Shown piece after piece: positions 1 to 11,530 of a stretch of DNA of 64,000 bases. Every line of letters starts with the position of its first letter. Position 1 is the stretch's first letter. The DNA comes from Blastocladiella emersonii ATCC 22665. Taxonomy: Eukaryota; Fungi; Blastocladiomycota. The notes below the pieces were generated by a model. That model saw only the letters and a list, made by a program, of their open reading frames with translations, did not search any database and was not told where the DNA came from. The position numbers were made by a program, and so were the translations under genes. The stretch is from NCBI GenBank assembly GCA_025594325.1, contig JANHCV010000005.1:682001-746000 (forward strand), given 5' to 3'.

Positions 1-1
1 G

Positions 2-427
2 TGGAAGATCCAGCGCGTCGAGCGCATGCGCACCGAGCTCCGGATGCACCGGCGCGCGACGGCGGTTGCTGAATCGGGTGGCGGCGCGGAGGGAGTGCCG
101 GCGGCAGCGGCCCTGCCGCCCATCGCGCACACGGGCCGGCGCGGGTCGCTCATGGCGCACGCGTTCAGCATGAAGCTGGTCAAGACGGAGCTCAAGGACG
201 CGACGCAAGGCGCGTCGCTCGCGAGCGTTCACACGGCCTCGGCCCTGGGCGAGGACGCGGCTGCGCCGCCATCGGCGGGTCCCGGCGCGACCGAGCGGCC
301 CAACGGATGGCGCGCGGTGCAGGTCGGCACGACGCGGCTCCCGACCGACCGCGTGTTCCGGTGGCTCACGCTCGCCAGCGCCGTGTTCGTGTCGGCGTCC
401 ATATTCGGGCCGCCGACCACGCAATAG
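2..427 (+). CDS. 3' end of a membrane-protein gene that begins outside the window; low-complexity loop followed by one C-terminal TM helix
   Basis: Open frame from position 2 (WKIQRVERMRTEL...) to TAG at 425-427; hydrophobic end DRVFRWLTLASAVFVSASIF; GC3-rich codons. Confidence 0.55.
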   Translation, partial: WKIQRVERMRTELRMHRRATAVAESGGGAEGVPAAAALPPIAHTGRRGSLMAHAFSMKLVKTELKDATQGASLASVHTASALGEDAAAPPSAGPGATERPNGWRAVQVGTTRLPTDRVFRWLTLASAVFVSASIFGPPTTQ

Positions 428-913
428 AACTAGAACAACACGTTTTTGTGCGCGCGCTGCGAGAGGTGCGATGCGACGCGACGCCAAGGAATTCACGCGC
501 GCGCGCGTCACGTGCGGGTAGGTGTCGCGTGGTCAACGCGTTGCGCCAGAGCGGGCGAGTGATTCACACAGGTGCGGCTCCATTTCGGACCCGCGAACGA
601 GAACGTGTCCGTCTGGGGCCGCGAGGCCGGTTCGAGTCACGCCGCGGGGCCGGCCGCGGCCGTGGGAGCCGGGATGCTGACGCATTCGTGACTGCGGTGC
701 GCGCTTATATGAAGGGGCGCGGTCCCTGCTGTCACAAGTGGAGTGGACCCGTGCGTGTGTCCGCAACGCGTCGCGACGCGTCTCCAGTGTCTCACGCGCA
801 CGTTTCCGCTTCCATCGGCCCTCGATACCCTCACCCTTGCCCTCGCTCTGGAAGATACCCACCCACCCTCGCACACTTGCTCTGAATTGCTCTACCACAC
901 CGACGACACGACC

Positions 914-1925
914 ATGGGCATCGTGAAACGCTCGCTCGACAGATACCCCGACCTAGACGCTGCGGCTGCTGCTGCGCCACCACCCTCCTCGCGCGCGCTC
1001 TTCAGGCGCGCTGCAGCACAGGATCCGCCGTCGCTCCCGTGGGGCGGGATCGCGATCGGCATCGGCGCGCTGCTCGCCATCATCGTCGGGTGCTGCGTGC
1101 TCGGCCGGATCCGGCGGCGCGGGCGCAAGAGTGCGTTGTCTTCACCACGACTTGCTCGACTCGTGTTCTGATGGGACATTGTGGTGAGTAGACCAGGAAG
1201 CCGCCGAAGCCGCAAAAGCGCTCGCCGAAGCCCAGGCTGCGACCGCGGCGGCCGAGTCGGCGGCCGCCCAGCGCACCGCGGCCGTCGGGTCCAACGACTA
1301 CCTGCTGGGCCCCGGCCCCGGGTCCGCGCTCGGGTACAAACCGTCGCCCATGACGCGGTCGCACGAGTCGGTCCACCACTACCACCACCACCACACGGGC
1401 TCATCTTCATCGTCCGCCCCCGCCGCCACGAAACCTTCGCCTCTCCCGTCGACCGTGGTCCCGATGCCCATGCCGCCGCCGCCGCTCCCGCTCCCGCTGC
1501 AGACCACGGGCTACCTCCCGCCCGCGCTCCCTCCCTCGGCGCCCGCGTCGCCCGCCGTAACAACACGCCCGCCGCTCCCCGCCATGGCCGTCCCCGGCGA
1601 ACCCTGGACCGCGCTGTGGGACTACGCGCCGCAGGCCGCCGACGAGCTCGCGGTGCGCCGCGGCGACACGGTCGTGGTGCTCGAGGCGTTTGACGACGCG
1701 TGGGCGCGGTGCCGCCACGCGGCCACGGGGAACATCGGGTTCATCCCGCTCACGCTCATGGCGCGCGGCGGCGCGGGCGGCGGCGCGGGTGGTGCGATGC
1801 CGCAGGCCCCACGGCAGCAGCACGGGCCCGTTGGCGCGTACGGGAACATGTACCAGCACCAGAGGCCTGCGGGACCCGTGCCGAGTGTTGGCGCGCGGTT
1901 CGGGTCGATGCCGCGGCGCGCTTGA
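914..1925 (+). CDS. Single-pass membrane protein with C-terminal SH3 domain; exons 914-1130, 1192-1925
   Basis: TM segment WGGIAIGIGALLAIIVGCCVLG. A 61-nt intron (GTGCGT...TAG, 1131-1191) joins in frame to ORF 1350-1925. SH3 motifs ALWDYAPQAADELAVRRGD, DDAW and GFIP. Confidence 0.85.
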
Positions 1926-2000
1926 GGTGAGGATGAAGGGTAAATGGATGAAGAAGAGAGGAATACATTGGACTGGCTCGCTCGACTGCATGTGCGATGG

Positions 2001-3360
2001 CTACCGCGACCGCGACCGGCTCGGGGTCCGCGACACGGACCGCCCGCGCCCATGCATCCGGCGCGGCGGCGGTGGACTGCGGCTACGGCTCCACGATCGA
2101 CCGCGTGCTCCCCCTGCAGGCCAATCGCGTCGACCCGGCGGCGGCGGGCTGCGCGACCGGTGACGTGCGCCACCGCGATGGGGATGGCCCTTGAGCCTGG
2201 TCTCGTGAGGAGGTGGAGCATGCCGACCCCCGCGCCCGTTGCGGAACACGGACGACTCGGGCGACACGAGCGCACAGAACACGGGGATCCCGTCGATCTC
2301 GGCCCCGCCGCCCTCGTGCATGTGCTCGAGCGCCGTCTCGGCGTCGTCGGGCGTTGCGAACGTCACGAAGGCTTTGCCGTTGCGGAACCGGCCTACATTT
2401 TGGAGGTAGGGAGGGAGGGAGTGAGCCACGGGGTTTTAGACGAAGCGGGGAAAGCGTACCGATCGGCGGGACGACTTCGACCCCGACCACGCGCCCGAAA
2501 AACGCAAAGATCTCCTCGAGGTGCGGCGGGCGCACGCGCGGCGACACGTTCTTGACCAGCAGCTTCTTGGACCGCACGCGCCCCGGCGGCGGCGGCGTGC
2601 GCGACCGCGGTCGCCGCGGGGACCGCGCGTGGCGGCGGACGGGCGATCGCGAACGGGACCGCGAGCGCGAACGAGAGTAGTCGTCACGCCGGCGATGGCG
2701 ACGCGGCGAACGCGACCGCGACCGCGAGCGGGACCGGGATCGGGACGGCGTCCACCGACGCCGCCGGTGCGCTGGCGAAGGCGACCGGCTCCCGCCACGT
2801 GGGCTCGGCGAGCGCGACCACGACCGCGCACGGCGCCCGCGGCGCGGAGACGGGGAGCGGGAACGCGACCGCGAGCGGCACAGCGAGTCCCGGCGACGAC
2901 GGGTAGACCGGCGCGGCGCCGGGCTGTACGACCTGGACCGCGAGCGAGAACGCGACGGCGACCGGGACGAGGAGCGGGACGCGCGGCGGCTGCGTCGCGG
3001 TGGCGTGCGGGACCGAGACCGCGACCGCGAGGGGGAACGAGACCGGGAACGAGACCGCGACGAGCGCGACAGCGACCGGCGGCGGCGTTTACGGCCCGCG
3101 GGCGACGGGGACCGCGAGCGCGAGTGAGACCGCGACCGGGACCGCGAGTAGGTCGAGCGCGACAGACTGCGGGAGCGTGAGCGGCGGTGCGGGCGCGGTG
3201 CCGGCGAGTCGGCGCGGGGCGAGACGGCGCGGGGCGTGGCAGGCGACCGCGACGGCGACCGTGCCGGCGACGGGGTGCGCGACCCGGACCGCGCGGGCGA
3301 CGTCAGCATCTCGGTCGGCAGCGGCGACGCGGACGGGTGGGGCGGGTCGTCCACGTCCAT
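2001..3360 (-). CDS. RNPS1: RNPS1-like RS-rich RRM splicing/EJC protein; exons 3360-2460, 2392-2001
   Basis: Long RS/SR dipeptide tracts; RRM with KLLVKNVSPRVRPPHLEEIFAFFG and GKAFVTFATPDDAETALEHMHEG...EIDG; 67-nt intron 2393-2459 restores the frame. Confidence 0.8.
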
Positions 3361-3943
3361 GGTCGGTTACATGCGATGCAGCGTCTGGGGGAGAAGGGGA
3401 GAGCGTGGATGCAAGAAGGGGCAAACGAGGCGGCCGTGTGAGCGAGCGGCCGATGCGAAATGGTCGGCGACGGTCGGCCGCACGTGCGCGCCCCTTCTCT
3501 CCCCGCGTCCCGAGAACTCACTACCATGATACACTGAGGCATGGAATCGAATGGAGACTCTACGCAACTAGTTTAACTGATTGAATACCATGGATCTGGC
3601 GGAATCCGGGGCTCGCGTCGATGAGTTGGGCGACCTCGACTCACGCGAAGGCGCCGCAGAGTGGCCCGTGCTTCGCCGGTTCTCGCAGCATATCGACCAG
3701 GAAAATGTACCATTATATTCGATTCTTATCCGTTTGCCCGGATCGATGAAGCTCTATCCGATCCAGCGGTGTTACGTGCGCGAGGATGCCCATCAACCAT
3801 CAACTGAAGTCCGCGCTCAACCCTCGTTACTCGAATGGCAATTCTTGTATTTTATACCCCCGTAGCGGTATCTCATGCTTTGCCTGACCAGTTCACGGAT
3901 ACTTCGCGAAAGAAGGTCCCACGCTGCTCCTAGCCTCGTTGCC

Positions 3944-5134
3944 TCAGCCCCGTTGGAAAGATCGTTCAGCTTCGCCACGCTTCTTGTCCTTCACCTGCAA
4001 GGTATCGTCACCCTGTGGCAGGTCGAGGCACTGTTGGCCTCGCTGGTGACGACGGCTGGGACCAGGAGCGCTGCGGCGGCGGCCTAAAGGAGGGACGCCA
4101 ACAAAGTCGGGCGGGCGATCGACTTGGGAATGGACGGCGGGCTTGACCTGCGCCGGAACAACGACATTCGGAAACCGATCAAACAACGGTAAGAAAAACT
4201 GGTGGCCCTGATCGACTGCAGCAAAGACGTAGAGATTACGCGTCTCCGCTGACATGTGCGAGGCGTGATCGAAAACCCAAACGAAAAGCTCCAGGGAGGC
4301 AACAACCCCGGCTTGAAATGCGGGCGCGTGTGTAATTAGACCCGCTGGTAGCTCCGTGCAAAGTATCGCGGTGACAGCGTCAACGTCTACGGTGTAGCGA
4401 GAATCGCCAAGGAGGAGCTTGAAGCAGGGAGCTTTCCACGACAGCGCTGCGTGAAACACGAGCGCGTCCACGAAACGGACAGAGCCCGACTCGCCGGTGA
4501 AGTTGTCGGGATTGCTCGCGGAATAGTTTTCGCTCAGGAGAGCCCAGTCGCCGAGGCCAGCGCGAATATCGAGAAGCCACGGGCACTCGGCGAGAACAAC
4601 TTCGAGCGTCTCCTGCAAGAAGTTCGTCCAGCCGTACATGGCGCCGCCGATCAGGAGCCGGATAAGCGCAAACAGAGGGCGCTTCCAGATAAAGCACCAC
4701 CCAAAGTACGAGTCCTGCAAGAGTTCAGGGAACGTCTCCGTGTCAAAGTCAGTGGGCCGAACGCGGCGACACACGTAACCGGCGAGTGCGATGAGGACTT
4801 GAGTCGGCGGGGACAAGCCCTCGTAGCCCCAGTCGCGAGACCCAGCGCGTTTTACTTCGGGAGGATTGAGGTCCGCGTCGATGAGCCGACCGATCTCGAT
4901 GCTGCACGGCAGGTCACCGTGAGCGTCCGCAGAAACAATTCGAGCCGTAACGGAGACAGCCCAAGCGAGTCGAACAGACCCGTCGATAGCAAGCGCGTGA
5001 AGTGAAGCTGAAGCAGCCGCGATCGCGAGACGGGGCTCCGCGATTTGGAGGATCGCGACCACCAGTTCCGCAGGAAGCCGAGCAGGGATATAGCAGCCCG
5101 GGTCCGTTTCATGCGTTTTCATCAAGTTATTCAT
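3944..5134 (-). pseudogene. F-box-like family X, copy A: N-terminal half only, with recognisable homology lost after about aa 330
   Basis: ARLPAELVVAILQIAEPRLAIAAASASLHALA and RFVDALVFHAALSWKAPCFKLLLGDSRYTVD align with the intact copy at 37514; the C-terminal CxxC domain is absent. Confidence 0.7.
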
Positions 5135-5385
5135 GTTTCCGTGGGGGTTGGGCGTTCGCAGTGAGAGGGAGTCGGAGCGACCAGCCGAAGCGGGCGAGGC
5201 GAGACGCGCGTCTCAGCTTCGCCGCCGCCTCGTTCCAAGCGTCGCTCCACGCGTCTCAGAGCAACTCGCGGGTCATAGTCCGAGATATGTGAACAAAATG
5301 ATCGTGATTACCCTAAGTGACTGATGAAGATGATGATGTGGGTGTGCCATGATACACTACGGGCCTCGGCCCTTCGACCGCAGCC

Positions 5386-6985
5386 TTAGCGCTGCAGCGA
5401 GTCGAAGCGCGGGGGCGTCGGGTGGGACTGGGCCGACTCGACACACATGACGGGGAAGTAGCCGGTGATAGCAGGGCGGCCGGGCTGGGCGTGGCGGGTG
5501 CCCTGGGCCCACTGGTCCGTGTACCGGATGTGCACCGTGACCCAGTCGCCGTGCGCGAGCTCGATCTCCTCCATCTTGGTCGGCGCGAACGCCTGCAGGA
5601 CCTGCGCGACGGTGCACTCGGTCGGCTGCAGCGCCGGGTCGAGCGGGTTGACGGGCGCGGGGACCGCACCGGCGCCGACGCGGCCGGCGCCGCCCATCGC
5701 GGCAGCACCGACGACGCCGGCGGTCATGGCGGGGGCCGGCGCCGAGGGACCGTGCGAGACGAGTGGCTGCTGCTCGGTGCGCACGGGCCGCGCAATGGTC
5801 ATGTCGTTGATGGGCTCGATATCCTTGGCCTTGCGGCGCGTGAACTTGAGGGCGGCGAGGCCGATGACGCAGGCGATGCCGATGACGATCAGGACAATGA
5901 ACCCGGGCTTCATGCCCTGCTTGCAGGGGACGCGCTCGTTGCCGTCGCACGTCGGGGTGGTCTCGGTGGTAGGCGCGGAGCTGGCGGCGAGGAGCGTCGA
6001 GCAGCGGTCCTTGGACAGGTTGGAGCACTTCTGCTTGCACGCGGTGAGCTCGTCCGTGTAGCCGCACAGGTTGATGCCGTCGGCCATCTCGTTGAGCTCG
6101 CCCGAGATGCAGGTGCCGTTGTTGGCGCGCCACGGGTGGGCCTTGAGCTCGGCAATGTGCTTGTTGCTGATGGCGCGGCCGGGCTCGCCGACGGGGCACA
6201 TGTTCGAGTTCTCGAGGTCGAGCTGCAGCGAGTTGGCGCGCGAGTCGAGCGTGGTGCCGCACACGAGCGGGGTCTTGGGCCCCTTGGCGCACGGGTCGTT
6301 GCGGTCGGTGAAGAACTTGAGAATGTCGATGCAGAACCACGTCTTGTACCACAGCTGCGACGGCATGGTGCACCCGGCCGTGGCCAGCATGTAGTCCTTG
6401 GCGTAGAGCGACATGTACGAGTAGTTGGCGCCCGCGTACACGGCGTCGAGCTCGGTCGAGTTGGCCAGCGCAGCGGGAATCTTGTCGGGGTTCTTGGACG
6501 GGAAGCGCGCGTCAAAGTACGGGCGCAGGTTGATCGGGAGGTACTGGCCCGTGAAGCCTACACGCCACGAGAATCGATCAGCGGGCGATTCACGCACACG
6601 CGTGGAGCGAGTGCGGGGGATCGAGCGTACCGCGGCACACGTTGGACACCTCGAGCACGAGGCACTCGTTGTCGCCGCGCTCGCTGACCTTGCAGCGGCC
6701 GGCCTTGCACGGGTCCGTGGCCGTGGGCGTGGCGGTCGGCGCGGCGGTGCCCGACGCGGTGCGCGACGAGGCCTGCGACGCCGTGGTCGACGAGGGGCGC
6801 GCCGAGGTGGTGGGCTGCTGGTTGGTCGCGCCGCCACCCGGCAGCACCGAGGCGATAGGGCCGGGCAGGTTGGTCGGAATCGGCAGCTGCGGCAGCGCCG
6901 CAGCGCGCTCGGTGGCGGTGGCGGCCAGCAGGACCGCGGCGAGCGCGAGGAGCGCCGTGGCGCGGGCGATGCGAGGGAGTGCCAT
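5386..6985 (-). CDS. Signal peptide, S/T-rich linker, Cys-rich ectodomain, TM helix and cytosolic SH3; exons 6985-6631, 6557-5386
   Basis: Signal peptide MALPRIARATALLALAAVLLAATA; many spaced Cys; TM GFIVLIVIGIACVIGLAAL; SH3-like FAPTKMEEIELAHGD...DQWAQG...GYFPVMCV; 73-nt GTACGC...TAG intron. Confidence 0.85.
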
Positions 6986-7755
6986 GATTGCAAGGCGAGC
7001 GAGGGGGTCCCAGTCGCTGGCTGGTGCGGGAGGAGCAGCCCGCGGCGAGATGTGCAAAGATGCAAGGATGCAAGAAGCGGAGCCGAGTTCCAGCGAGGGC
7101 GCCACCGAAGGATGGAAGTCGAAACGGCGGCGAGTGGGTTGCTGTTGCTGCGGTCGGGTGCAGGCGCGAGTGAGGAGCTGCGGATGCCGGTTCGGGGGAT
7201 GGCTGCTGCCGCTGCGTCAACTGCGGCCGTGCTCGAGGGGATCCGTGCGCTGCGTGGGCGTGGTCAGTGGCCCCTGCGAGAAGTGGAGAGCGCGGTGAGC
7301 GTGGCGGCCGCGACGGGGGCGCACCGAGAAAAACCCACGAGCCGGAGAGGAAACCGCACATCCCGTGACGCGCCTGCCACCCCCGTTGCTCCGATCACCG
7401 TCTCGATCAAAGTCGCGTCGCGCGTCGCGCCTCGCTGCATCAGGCGTGATGAGTTCCAGTTCGTCCCACTTCACAGTTTGACGACTTTCTTCTGGAGGTC
7501 CGGGATTGATTTTATGAGGGAATTGTTGGTTTTCCGCCAAGAAAGCACCTGACGACGTTGGCGTTCGCGTCGCACGCTATGATCCAGCTTGAGATCTTGA
7601 GCGAGCTCGATTCTTTGGGCACGGAACAAGAGAGCTCGGATGAAGCAGACCTATGGTGGAACGATCGCGAAGGATAAACGTGCGTTACGGTGCCCACGGC
7701 ATGTCGCTGACAGCAACACGAGATACTCCCGACCGCGCCCGCGACGACCTCCCTG

Positions 7756-8894
7756 CAGAGCCCCACATTATAATGGATCCACTTTTAATGTCGGCATATC
7801 CATTAATCCGGCCCTGGGCCATTAAAATCCATTATTTTCAGGTTTTTGGTCGGACCCGGGTAAAGTGCGTCATTGAGGCGCGGAAACGGCCGTCTCGCGC
7901 CGCGGTGGCTCAGTTTTGGTCGCTCGAAACGAAGTGGCGTCACTCTGGGACCACCCGCGCGTGCGGCGCCCGAGTCTCTCGCACGACGCGTCGCGTGCCT
8001 CGCATTCCGAATGCGACTTAAGTCGCAGCAATCAATGCTGCCGTCAGCAAGCTTCGTTTGGGAACGCGCGATCTGGAGCAGCTTCGACAATTGACCTGCA
8101 CTTCAGTTAAGAGTAGCTTGGCTGCTGCGATTAGCTCGGATCACTACTCCCGTCTCAGCAGGCCGCTCCGTCTGAACGGACCTGCGAGCCGCTCATAGTG
8201 ACATCTAGCAGCAGGGCAGGTCGATCCCGTGGATGTAGTCGGACGGTGCAACCAAACCGCAGCGTCATCTAAGCGCGGACTAGCAAGGCGAGCGGGGCGT
8301 GCTCGCCTGGATCAAGCAACAAGTGTCCCTCAGCTCAACGCCCGATCGCGCAACGTACATGTCGGGTAGTGTACAAGCTCGTTCCTATCGTCTCGGACCC
8401 CGCTGTCAGCGAATAGCGCACACACAACACTGTGCGGAGCGTGATGATCAACATGATGGCCAACTGTAAGCGAGTCACGCTGCGACTTGCGAAACGAGTC
8501 GAGCGCAATTCGCTCACATGCCTAGCATGGACATCAAGAGCGCCAAAGACAGTTCCAAGTCTAAGGTATGCGCGACGATGACCGTCCTGGAACTGCAACA
8601 GACGTACAACTTGCGCAAGCTTCCAACGCAGTCTGCTGGTCGCATCTTGTGCAGTACTCAGCGCAACGACACGCTTCAGCGCGTCACATCGCATTCGTGC
8701 TGCCTCCGGACATAACCCCTGCTTGATCTCATGCTTGGGAGCAGCTCGACGCGTCCCGCTCTGCATTGCGCCACACACGTGACCGGTTTCCACGCGTTTT
8801 TGAGGCCATTTTTGGCCGGCCATTAAATTACACTATCCGAATGCCAGACATTATATTATATGGACTTGGCCACCCATTATAATGTGGGGCTCTG
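7756..8894. mobile_element. Putative non-autonomous DNA transposon (MITE-like) with 21-bp perfect terminal inverted repeats
   Basis: CAGAGCCCCACATTATAATGG (7756-7776) is the exact reverse complement of CCATTATAATGTGGGGCTCTG (8874-8894); AT-rich subterminal zones; no intact transposase; no 8-bp TSD (only TG flanks both ends). Confidence 0.65.
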
Positions 8895-9686
8895 TGCTGA
8901 TCCCAGACGACTTGAAGAGGTTAGCGCAGAGTGCGACACCAAGTATCACGCGAATCATGCTCCACTTCCGCATTTTACTGGTAGGAAGACATAATGTGCT
9001 GGTGCATTGCGGGGCGGTTGAGTTTGCTTGTTTGGCGGAGTCTGGGCGGGATGGGAACCGACGCGTCAAACAATCACGTGTGCGTGTCTCGCGTGGGTGT
9101 CTCGCATTGAATCCCGCGCTCATTCAACCGGCTTGAGTCGCCCGGCTTGACGAGACTGGTTATACCGGTTATATGCAAGCCACAGCCTCTCGTGCTACTC
9201 ATTTTCTTGAAGATCCGGGAGAATGCACGTGTGCCGTCAATGACAGCGCCTGTGCGTTTCACAGAAATGCGGATGCCCAACTGGCAGCATGCGGCGCGAG
9301 CTTCAACCGCACAGCCCCATAAAGAGCCAGCCCACCTCGCTCACGTATGGAGTGAGTGTTCCTCAGGACACTTTCGCAAGTCGCAGCAGCAGCTTCAACA
9401 GTAAGCAACGAATAACTGACCGCCATTTCATCGCAGCAGCACTGGCATGCCCAAGGTCTCTCCAATGGAAGGCGACAGCCGGTGTGGTGAATGGTCGTGC
9501 CGCGTGGCTCAGCGCGAGACGGTTCAAGTCAAGCCACGTCCCACGCGACGCGTTTCCCATCGCGTCACGCGACGCCACTCGGACGCGTTCCCCCTCCTCG
9601 TCACCGCTGCCCGACGCGTCAACTCGGCCGCGGGCCTCGAACCGAGCCTTCTCTCCGTCTGCTGTTCTACGAATCACACGTAACAG

Positions 9687-10463
9687 TTGATCGGAGCGTC
9701 GGTTCGGAGCTCGAGTGCTCACGTCGTTTGTTGCGCAGATTCTGGACTAGACCTCTTGCAGTACCTCTCGGTCCCCGGTCCCCCAACACCGGGCATTGAT
9801 TACCGAGGCCTCTTCCCTGCTCAAGGAGGCCTCCTCGCTGCTGAACGAGGTCTCGACCCTCCAGCAGCGCGGACATGCGATTCTGATGCGCAAAACGCTG
9901 CCAAGCAAGCTTCACCTGCTGCTTCTGAGCGCAATGACATGCGCCGTCAAGGTCACCCGACCGCGTTTCGGTTTCTTGCTCTTACTTCCGAGGCGGTCGA
10001 GTCAATCCACTCCAAAGTATCTATGCCAGTTGAAGCAATGGCTTTTGTACTCTTCGTCTCGGCCTCCTTCCCGTGGTACTTTGCTCAAATCTGGTTACTT
10101 TTGTTCGAGCCATTCCAGGACTTCCGTTACGAAACCAAACCTCCGCCACCTGTGCGACTCGGAGACTGCCGCATTGCAGTCCGGATGATGCGCAACCTGA
10201 TCAGCGCTGCAATTGTCATCGCCCTAGCCGTTATGATCTGTGTCCTGCAGTGTGACACTGCATCCCAGATGATCGTTGCGTTTGCGGGCGGGTGGTTCCT
10301 TGTAGCGATGCTCCTTGGCGCCGCCATTAAAGTCGTGTATCCTCCTAATCGAGTCCCCGCAGCGAACCGTCCCGCTTCGGTTGATTCTAGCCCAGCCGCA
10401 CCAGTCAACGATGCAAAATGTCCTTGCGGCTGCGAATCTTCACTGTACGTACTTCTCTTGTAG
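9687..10463 (+). CDS. Hypothetical protein with about three hydrophobic segments; start uncertain
   Basis: 258-codon ORF with hydrophobic stretches AFVLFVSASFPWYFAQIWLLLF, LISAAIVIALAVMICVL and IVAFAGGWFLVAMLLGAAI; no recognised family. Confidence 0.35.
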   Translation: MIGASVRSSSAHVVCCADSGLDLLQYLSVPGPPTPGIDYRGLFPAQGGLLAAERGLDPPAARTCDSDAQNAAKQASPAASERNDMRRQGHPTAFRFLALTSEAVESIHSKVSMPVEAMAFVLFVSASFPWYFAQIWLLLFEPFQDFRYETKPPPPVRLGDCRIAVRMMRNLISAAIVIALAVMICVLQCDTASQMIVAFAGGWFLVAMLLGAAIKVVYPPNRVPAANRPASVDSSPAAPVNDAKCPCGCESSLYVLLL

Positions 10464-10912
10464 TTGTCCCTGCGGAGTACCACTCACTCCCGCCTGCTAC
10501 TGACAAAAAACGATAGCTACGGTGGAGAGTTCTTTTGACTTTTCCTTACGCGCGCGCGTGCCGCTGATCGCGCCACATCTCTCACCGCCGCGTTTACCAC
10601 TCAACCATGCTCCATATCAGTCTCGCCGCCCAGCGAGCGATCGCGTTTCAGGTCAGATTGTGGCGCAACGCGTGTCAGCTGATGTGGCGCATCGCGTCTC
10701 GAGGTTTGCCAAATGCAGTCACCGAAGCTTCCCGTTAGCTATCAACGTTCCTCGCGTTTTCTAACCCTCTGATGACGCACATTTCGCCTTCAAACATGCT
10801 TACAATACCAATGCTCGATTACATGACAAGCCAGTAAAATGCAGGAGGGAACCCAAAACATGCGACCTTCAAGCGCACGCGCCCGGTGGCGCAGAACACG
10901 TACGACATATTG

Positions 10913-11530
10913 TCACAGGTTGAGAGCGACCAGTTCGTGAGTGGTCGGTGCAACTCGCTCAAACTCGCGAACGACCCACGCCGCGTCAGCCGCAGAACCC
11001 ACAGAACGCGAAGACAGCGTGCGGACGAGTTCCGCGAGCGCTTCCGGCGTGGCGAGCGCGTCTAGCGCGCCATCGGGGAACATGCGCAGGACTTGCACCA
11101 AGAGACCGTCGTTCAAGTTGAACTCGTCGTGAAGCGTGTCGAACACCTTCTGCGTATCGCTTACAAGAAGCGTGCGCACGATGAGGCGAGCAGAAGCAAT
11201 CGGATCGCACTCGAAGTGGCTCGACGTCAAGGCAGCCAAGTCACGTACAAGATAGTGCTCGTAAAGCAGCGACAAGAAATTGTCAACATCCGGGACGAGC
11301 GATTTCAAGAAGTAGGGCGGGCACTGCATCAATAGCGTATCAAAGAGATCGCGCCAGACCCGCTGAAAGGCAAGCGGGCAATCCAGGCAAACCGTGTGCA
11401 CGGAGTTGCAGACGTAATGGAGCCGCTTCGGCGTGTGCGGGACCCCAGCGGGCTTGCTCCATCCAACTGAGCAGCCGCGAAAAGCCAAGTAAGGTCGACG
11501 GCCACGGACCAGCGTTCGTGCTCGTATTGG
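10913..11530 (-). pseudogene. Family X copy E: 5'-truncated C-terminal fragment with a frameshift near 11480
   Basis: VCLDCPLAFQRVWRDLFDTL, DTQKVFDTLHDEF, FPDGALDALATPEALAELV and REFERVAP match the C-termini of the copies at 18321, 38920 and 40958; WSVAVDLTWLF lies in another frame upstream. Confidence 0.75.

Noticed and set aside
2600-3180. Dense short repeats that might be a CRISPR-like or satellite array
   Set aside because: They are the codons of RS dipeptide tracts in RNPS1; there is no repeat-spacer structure, and the context is eukaryotic.
3581-4087. Plus-strand ORFs 3581-3865 and 3875-4087 next to the truncation of copy A
   Set aside because: No recognisable motif, and I cannot distinguish insertion debris from a diverged tail of copy A.
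5422-6687. Many long overlapping Arg/Ala/Pro-rich ORFs opposite real genes (also 26040-27092, 27825-29459, 61543-62733 and others)
   Set aside because: These are expected shadows in high-GC3 DNA, with no domain motifs.
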